Position numbers and translations under genes: made by a program | The notes under the pieces: model-generated | What the model was told of the DNA's origin: nothing | The model's database searches: none | What the model saw: only the letters and a program-made list of their open reading frames with translations | Source: a virus | Lineage: Duplodnaviria; Heunggongvirae; Uroviricota; Caudoviricetes | IMG/VR virus record: IMGVR_UViG_2778261639_000023 | Location: 1-11,741 of that record | DNA length: 11,741 bases | Reading direction: 5' to 3' (one strand) | Part shown: in pieces, positions 7,266-11,741 of the stretch | Numbering within the stretch: the stretch's first letter is position 1 | How the letters are laid out: every line of letters begins with the position of its first letter

Positions 7266-9263
7266 CTATTCTGACAACGCATCAGACTTAGCCCCCTGAG
7301 TCAGGGCGTTAATGGCCTTTTGTGCCTGCTGCATGGCTTTCTCGAACGCTGTTGATCCGCGTTGGGTGTTTGCCATTCGGAGCATTGCATTTCTGAATGG
7401 CTCGCTCTCATAGGCGCGAGTAAGAAGTCCATAGCTTACCGCTGCGCCAGTTGTCGCAGGGTTCATTGCTGTCCCATATCCGATAATGAACGGGATGGTT
7501 TGCTGCCCTGTTGGTGTTGTTACTGCCGCTTTTGCAGCCTGCTGCGTGGATTGCAGGTAGTTTTTCAATCCTTTCAGATAAGCGGCTTCCTGACCTTTAA
7601 ATGTGATGCCAGTCTGGTTTTGCAGGATGTTAAGCTGCCGAAGGAACTGGTCAGGGGATCCGCCAGATTTCTCCATCGCCTTTCCAATGATGCCATTGCG
7701 CATTTGCGCCCTGCCAACACGACCAACTGAGTTATACAGCGTCTTAATTTCAGATTTGTTCTTGCTGAATAGCATGTTGTTGACAACTTCCGGCGTCAGA
7801 TCGCCTTTCATGAGAACATTCTTCAGCCTGGTATTCTTGAGTTTCGCCGCTTCGTCAGCGTAGACGGCATTGGCCTGCTGATATTTACGGAGAGTATCGT
7901 TGCCAAGATTCTGACCAATGGCACCATTGATATCGTCGGTCATCGCCTTGTAAACGCGCTGAATGGCGGCATCGGAACGGTTTGGTAACACTGGTCGCTC
8001 ACCCTTCACGTCCATTCTGAACTGGCTGCGCAGATCGCTTAATTGCTTCAAGTCCAGATTTACCGGACCATCAGGACCAGCATTGCGAACAAGCTCATCA
8101 CGATATGACTGAAGTTTTGAAATAGTCTCGTTATCAGCGACCTTACCAAGCTTCTGCAGATTAGATATTTCTGTATCAATCTGCTGAATTGCTCGCGCAG
8201 GCTGAATGTTTACTCCAGCCATAGCATTCTGAACCTGCTCCAGTCGATTACCGGCGGCACGACGAATTCCTGATGTTTTCGCTTTAAGGCTGTCAATAAC
8301 AACCGCTGGATCATACTCACCGAATTTATCGGCAAATCTCTGCACCAGCTGGCTTCTCGCTTCCTGTTGCGTTGCTCTCATTCCGCTTGTGCCAGCCAGA
8401 GGGATATTTTCTGCTGTAGTCTGCGCCATTTTTCCGACGCGGGAAGTTGGTTGTAACAGGTCTGTGGTGTGCAGAGGAACTCCTTCACGCTCTGCAAATC
8501 TGATAGCCTGCTGCGCTTCTGGCGCGATAGCACCACGAACGCCACGATAAGCAGCACCTAATCCACGTCCGGCAGCGTTAATAGCACCGCCAGCAAGTAC
8601 ACCAACGCCTAAATCGGTGGCGAGTGCTTCCGCATCATCTTTCGCACTATTTGCAGCAAGTGATCCAACTGCGTTTTCTGCTAGAAGGCGAGTTGCCCCC
8701 TGAGCAATTCGACCAGCAAGTGTTGGTGCCTGTGTTGCCGCTCTCTCAACGCCAGCAGGAGTGAGGTAAGGCAATGCTTCAGCAAACACCCTGCCCTCTG
8801 TAGTTTGTGGAGTCAGCGCGCCTTGCTGAAGGCCAAAGTCCTGCTCTAATCCCTGCGTTGTTACTCGTGGCGATGGTTGATATGTACCATCGCCAATGCC
8901 GAGTTTACCGCCAGCCCAAGCCGCCGCGCTTGTTACAGCATCGGCAACTGATGCAGGTATGTTTGCCACGTTCACGCCAGCCTGCACCAGTCCGCGACCA
9001 GTCTCTTTTACTGCTTCGCCAAGATCAGACATAAATCCACTTTGCTGTGGTTGTTGCTGTGCTACTGGTTGCTGTGTCTCCACTTGCTGCACAGATAGCA
9101 ATGGATAGGCAGCATAGAAAGCTTTCTTAGCCTGCTCTGCATTTTCTCCGGCTTGCGGGGCCACGACTTCATTGAAGTATTGCTCCTGAGCCTGCGCTTT
9201 TTGTTCTGGTGCTAACGCCTGATACTGTGGAGAGGCGATAACATCTTTCCATGCTTTAGCCAT
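7266..9263 (-). CDS. Ejection (DNA-injection, E) protein, P22 gp16-like
   Basis: 665 aa, Ala/Gln/Gly-rich with low-complexity segments. Last gene of the minus-strand cluster, directly before the immI/tailspike region as gene 16 is in P22-like phages. Start ATG (9261-9263) overlaps the upstream gene's stop as TAATG. Assignment rests on size, synteny and composition, not verified alignment. Confidence 0.7.
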   Translation of the reverse strand: MAKAWKDVIASPQYQALAPEQKAQAQEQYFNEVVAPQAGENAEQAKKAFYAAYPLLSVQQVETQQPVAQQQPQQSGFMSDLGEAVKETGRGLVQAGVNVANIPASVADAVTSAAAWAGGKLGIGDGTYQPSPRVTTQGLEQDFGLQQGALTPQTTEGRVFAEALPYLTPAGVERAATQAPTLAGRIAQGATRLLAENAVGSLAANSAKDDAEALATDLGVGVLAGGAINAAGRGLGAAYRGVRGAIAPEAQQAIRFAEREGVPLHTTDLLQPTSRVGKMAQTTAENIPLAGTSGMRATQQEARSQLVQRFADKFGEYDPAVVIDSLKAKTSGIRRAAGNRLEQVQNAMAGVNIQPARAIQQIDTEISNLQKLGKVADNETISKLQSYRDELVRNAGPDGPVNLDLKQLSDLRSQFRMDVKGERPVLPNRSDAAIQRVYKAMTDDINGAIGQNLGNDTLRKYQQANAVYADEAAKLKNTRLKNVLMKGDLTPEVVNNMLFSKNKSEIKTLYNSVGRVGRAQMRNGIIGKAMEKSGGSPDQFLRQLNILQNQTGITFKGQEAAYLKGLKNYLQSTQQAAKAAVTTPTGQQTIPFIIGYGTAMNPATTGAAVSYGLLTRAYESEPFRNAMLRMANTQRGSTAFEKAMQQAQKAINALTQGAKSDALSE

Positions 9264-10696
9264 TAATCACCCCATAGTGAAGAAAAGTTACTGCTGGCTG
9301 CTGGCTGTGATACCTGTGTGGGTTGAGATTGCTGCCGCTGAGATTTACCAACATTAACGTTATATTGTTGGTTGTAATTGTTGGTGTATTCCTGAATCTC
9401 ACGAATCGACTGCTGCATAGCCTCCGGGCTTGAATAGTCAACCTGCGGCATCCCCTGAAAATACATCTTCGCTTCTGCTACGGTGTTAATACCACTGGCA
9501 CCCATGTCCCTTGCTGCCGCCACGCCCTGATTCTGCATTCTTCCCTGAATACGTTGTGCTGAGTTATATAACTGACGCTGATCTTTTCCTGTTAATCGGC
9601 TGCGAACATCAGCACCAATTGCCGGGTTACCTGCACCGCCGGTCATTCCTGTCATGAAATCGAGAGCAGAAGCGTCTGCATTTGCGATCGCGTCGATATC
9701 CTTCTTCATGGCATAGTTTTGTGCTGATGCAGACGATGTTGCAGGCGCTGCGATTGAACTGGCAGGAACGCGAACCATATTCCCCTCGTTGTCGATGCCT
9801 TCGTAGAACGCATTTGCCCCAGCGCCGTGAAGTTTCCCGCCAACCGTTACCGTTCTACCATCTGCCAGTTGCACAACATTCTCCCCGCCAGCATCAGGAC
9901 GGCCTCGAACACGAAGATATGTCTTTTGTTGCTCTGGAGACAGGCTGTTGAAATATTGATATTCTTTAACAGATGCAGGAACAGCACCTCCAGCAGTGCG
10001 CAGGGAGTTTTCACGGCTAACAGCAATGCTTTGCGCCTGTAAACCTTCCCCAGCTTTATTGCTGCGAATCGTCTCTGCCAACTCGCCACGCTCAATATCC
10101 CGACCAGCCATCTTGTCCTGAACATTGAAGTAATCAATCGGACCAAGCGCAGCCATCCCAAGATGATCAACAAATTCTGTGAAACCTTGTGGATTTTGCT
10201 GATACATTTTCGCCACATCCAGAGGGTCTACTCCGGCACGAGTAAGCTCAGATGAGTTGTTCTGCAACCATGACATCATGGCTTCTGGAGATGAAGCTGC
10301 GAGTCTGGCACTTGCTGCCAGTGTACCGACAGTGGAACGCTGGTCTTCATCGACAAATTTCATGCCGTTTCTTACAGCGTCAAACTGCTCAGGATACTGT
10401 GATGCCAGTTTTCGCATTGCATCGCGGTCGCCAGATGTATATGCATCAGCATAAGCCTGCTGAAACTCTTGCTGCCGCTTCTGCTGATCCATCTGCTTAT
10501 ACATATCCATGACAGATGAAATGCCCTGCAAAGCCTGCAAGCCAACGTTATTACGTCCTGAACGCTCCATCTCATTATTCTGTCGAATGTATGCAAGCGT
10601 GGCGTCTGCATCACTTGCTCTTGGAGCGTTGGAGTTCATGCCGCCTAACCCGGCAAGAAGCGCGCCTGAATTACCAGCCTGTTGCCATGTAGCCAA
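9263..10696 (-). CDS. Ejection (E) protein, P22 gp20-like
   Basis: 477 aa (P22 gp20 is of similar size), immediately upstream of and coupled to the gp16-like gene. Apparent TTG start at 10694-10696 with a strong GGAGG SD 6 nt upstream; an in-frame stop precludes a longer N-terminus. Confidence 0.7.
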   Translation of the reverse strand: MATWQQAGNSGALLAGLGGMNSNAPRASDADATLAYIRQNNEMERSGRNNVGLQALQGISSVMDMYKQMDQQKRQQEFQQAYADAYTSGDRDAMRKLASQYPEQFDAVRNGMKFVDEDQRSTVGTLAASARLAASSPEAMMSWLQNNSSELTRAGVDPLDVAKMYQQNPQGFTEFVDHLGMAALGPIDYFNVQDKMAGRDIERGELAETIRSNKAGEGLQAQSIAVSRENSLRTAGGAVPASVKEYQYFNSLSPEQQKTYLRVRGRPDAGGENVVQLADGRTVTVGGKLHGAGANAFYEGIDNEGNMVRVPASSIAAPATSSASAQNYAMKKDIDAIANADASALDFMTGMTGGAGNPAIGADVRSRLTGKDQRQLYNSAQRIQGRMQNQGVAAARDMGASGINTVAEAKMYFQGMPQVDYSSPEAMQQSIREIQEYTNNYNQQYNVNVGKSQRQQSQPTQVSQPAASSNFSSLWGD

Positions 10697-10708
10697 GAGA
10701 CACCTCCA

Positions 10709-11032
10709 TTAAAACAGTGAACCAAGAAGGCCGACGCCAGCACCAATTGCTGTACCCCAACCAGGCATGATTGCAGTACCTGCAGCTGCACCTGCCGCAG
10801 CTCCACCCAAGGCGCTCTGAAATCCTGATGGTTTAACTCCGGATGGTTGGGTTATAGTGCCGAAGAAACTAACCGCTGAGAACGGCGCTAAGGGTGTGCT
10901 ATCCGGTGAATTTTCAGAAACGACGTTTATAAGCTGCCCGGAATGTTTTGGCGATGATGATTGCGATACCTGTGACGGTAGCGGGCGGATTGAAATTAAA
11001 GTACCAGTCACGTGGACGACCATAAAATCCAT
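10709..11032 (-). pseudogene. Possible 3' remnant of an ejection-protein gene (gp7-like) with C-terminal glycine-zipper segment; extent and intactness uncertain
   Basis: Stop TAA (10709-10711) sits 1 nt before the gp20-like SD, so the 3' end is in operon context. C-terminus ...ALGGAAAGAAAGTAIMPGWGTAIGAGVGLLGSLF looks like a membrane glycine zipper. N-terminal two-thirds is Ser/Pro-rich low complexity with no SD before either ATG (11032 or 11021), and 107 aa is far shorter than P22 gp7 (about 229 aa). It overlaps a plausible + strand ORF. Confidence 0.35.
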
Positions 11033-11093
11033 CTGGGATAAAGGTATTGCGTATTTTTCAGCAGAACCGAGGCAGGAGGTTAACCGTGGCTAA
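10857..11093 (+). CDS. Hypothetical small Cys-rich (zinc-finger-like) protein; conflicts with the minus-strand ORF 10709..11032
   Basis: 78-aa ORF containing CPEC-x5-CDTCDGSG (CxxC...CxxCxGxG, reminiscent of DnaJ-type zinc knuckles). Its end overlaps the start of the downstream ASCH-like gene by 8 nt, suggesting coupling. Weaknesses: GTG start and poor SD. Confidence 0.3.
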   Translation: MPKKLTAENGAKGVLSGEFSETTFISCPECFGDDDCDTCDGSGRIEIKVPVTWTTIKSIWDKGIAYFSAEPRQEVNRG

Positions 11094-11370
11094 CCTGCAA
11101 CTTGCAGTCAAAGGCGAATACTTCGATGCCATGATTCGCGGAGAGAAAACAGAAGAATATCGCCTGTGTAATGACTACTGGAATAAGCGCCTCGTTAACC
11201 GCGAGTATGGCAGTCTGATCATCACGAAGGGATATCCGAAGCGCGACGATTCCAGCCGCAGAATTGATGTTCCGTATGACGGATATGAAATCAAGACAAT
11301 CACACATCCGCACTTCGGTGATAAACCGGTAAAGGTGTTCGCGATAAAGGTGAATATCGGCAATGAATAA
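11086..11370 (+). CDS. ASCH/PUA-like domain protein (DUF3850-like)
   Basis: Start chosen at GTG 11086, preceded by a perfect AGGAGG (11074-11079) with 6-nt spacing; the track's TTG at 11047 has no SD. 94 aa. Motif ...KGEYFDAMIRGEKTEEYR...GSLIITKGY... fits the beta-barrel ASCH/DUF3850 pattern common in phage accessory regions. Confidence 0.65.
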   Translation: MANLQLAVKGEYFDAMIRGEKTEEYRLCNDYWNKRLVNREYGSLIITKGYPKRDDSSRRIDVPYDGYEIKTITHPHFGDKPVKVFAIKVNIGNE

Positions 11371-11374
11371 CAAT

Positions 11375-11429
11375 CCTCGCACTCGCGGGGATTTCTTTTA
11401 TCTGAACTCGCTACGGCGAGTTTTGTTTT
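11375..11429 (+). terminator. Two tandem hairpins downstream of the ASCH-like gene; the second is a good intrinsic terminator
   Basis: Hairpin 1: CCTCGC-actc-GCGGGG (11375-11390, one G-U pair) followed by ATTTCTTTT. Hairpin 2: ACTCGC-tacg-GCGAGT (11406-11421, 6-bp stem, 4-nt loop) followed by TTTGTTTT (11422-11429). Confidence 0.55.
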
Positions 11430-11441
11430 ATGGAGATGATT

Positions 11442-11741
11442 ATGGCCTGTTCAACATTCAACCCTCTAACGTTACAGAAATACCAGCCAGACCCTGAAGA
11501 TTTATGCTCACTGTGTGGCGGAAATCATGGTAAAGCCGCCATGATCGAATGTAAGGACAAAATCCACATATGCCTTAATTGCGTTGATGTCCTCGTTGAT
11601 ATCAAAAATGATAGAGAAGATAAAAAGCGTAGCGAGGCTGTTCGCGCCTTAGATTCATGGATGCGAGATGGGTATAGTGCCGCGCAAATTTATGACTTAG
11701 CAATATCAAAAGGCGAAATACCAGGAGTGCGCATCGAATAA
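11442..11741 (+). CDS. Hypothetical zinc-ribbon protein (CxxC-x16-CxxC)
   Basis: Start chosen at ATG 11442 (GGAG 11432-11435, 6-nt spacer); 99 aa. Contains CSLCGG...HICLNC, an N-terminal zinc-ribbon-like motif, followed by a charged helical C-terminal half. Ends exactly at the window edge with TAA. Family not recognised. Confidence 0.55.
   Translation: MACSTFNPLTLQKYQPDPEDLCSLCGGNHGKAAMIECKDKIHICLNCVDVLVDIKNDREDKKRSEAVRALDSWMRDGYSAAQIYDLAISKGEIPGVRIE

Noticed and set aside
7362-10614. Numerous short ORFs on both strands inside the gp16-like and gp20-like genes (for example 7362..7730, 7574..7786, 7603..7863, 8807..9034, 8896..9108, 9256..9441, 9682..9951, 9827..10042, 9847..10218, 10252..10512, 10257..10454, 10372..10614, 10509..10712)
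   Set aside because: All lie within or antisense to the two large coupled ejection-protein genes; Cys/Arg/Ser-rich translations typical of alternative frames of GC-rich coding DNA.
11080-11382. 100-aa and 62-aa minus-strand ORFs opposite the ASCH-like gene
   Set aside because: Antisense to an ORF with a perfect SD and a recognisable domain pattern; they do not resemble ejection or tail proteins, so they do not rescue an intact late operon.
1-11741. tRNA, rRNA, CRISPR arrays, IS elements
   Set aside because: No repeat-spacer periodicity, no tRNA-like structure and no transposase-like ORF or terminal inverted repeats were seen by inspection; a tRNAscan/IS search was not possible.

Overview
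This window reads as the integrase-proximal end of a P22/Sf6-like temperate-phage genome (prophage or relic) from an enterobacterium, probably E. coli or Shigella. In order: an IntS/P4-family tyrosine integrase (1..1158, +); a gtrA-gtrB-gtrC O-antigen glucosylation (serotype-conversion) operon (1312..3987, +); a convergent P22-type tailspike with a conserved head-binding N-terminus and a divergent receptor-binding body (4015..6231, -); an Mnt-like ribbon-helix-helix repressor with no arc/ant (6353..6619, +); an outer-membrane-type lipoprotein of unknown function in the position P22 uses for sieA (6690..7175, +); two large ejection-protein genes, gp16-like and gp20-like (7266..10696, -); a short gp7-like 3' remnant; and a plus-strand module of small genes (zinc-finger-like ORF, ASCH/DUF3850-like protein, zinc-ribbon protein) that interrupts the expected late operon. 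No tRNA, rRNA, CRISPR array or IS element was recognised. All homology statements rest on reading the translations and recalling known proteins; no database search was run. The most interesting candidates are the lipoprotein at the sieA-equivalent locus, the Mnt-tailspike control region lacking arc/ant, and the apparent truncation/insertion junction upstream of the gp20-like gene.
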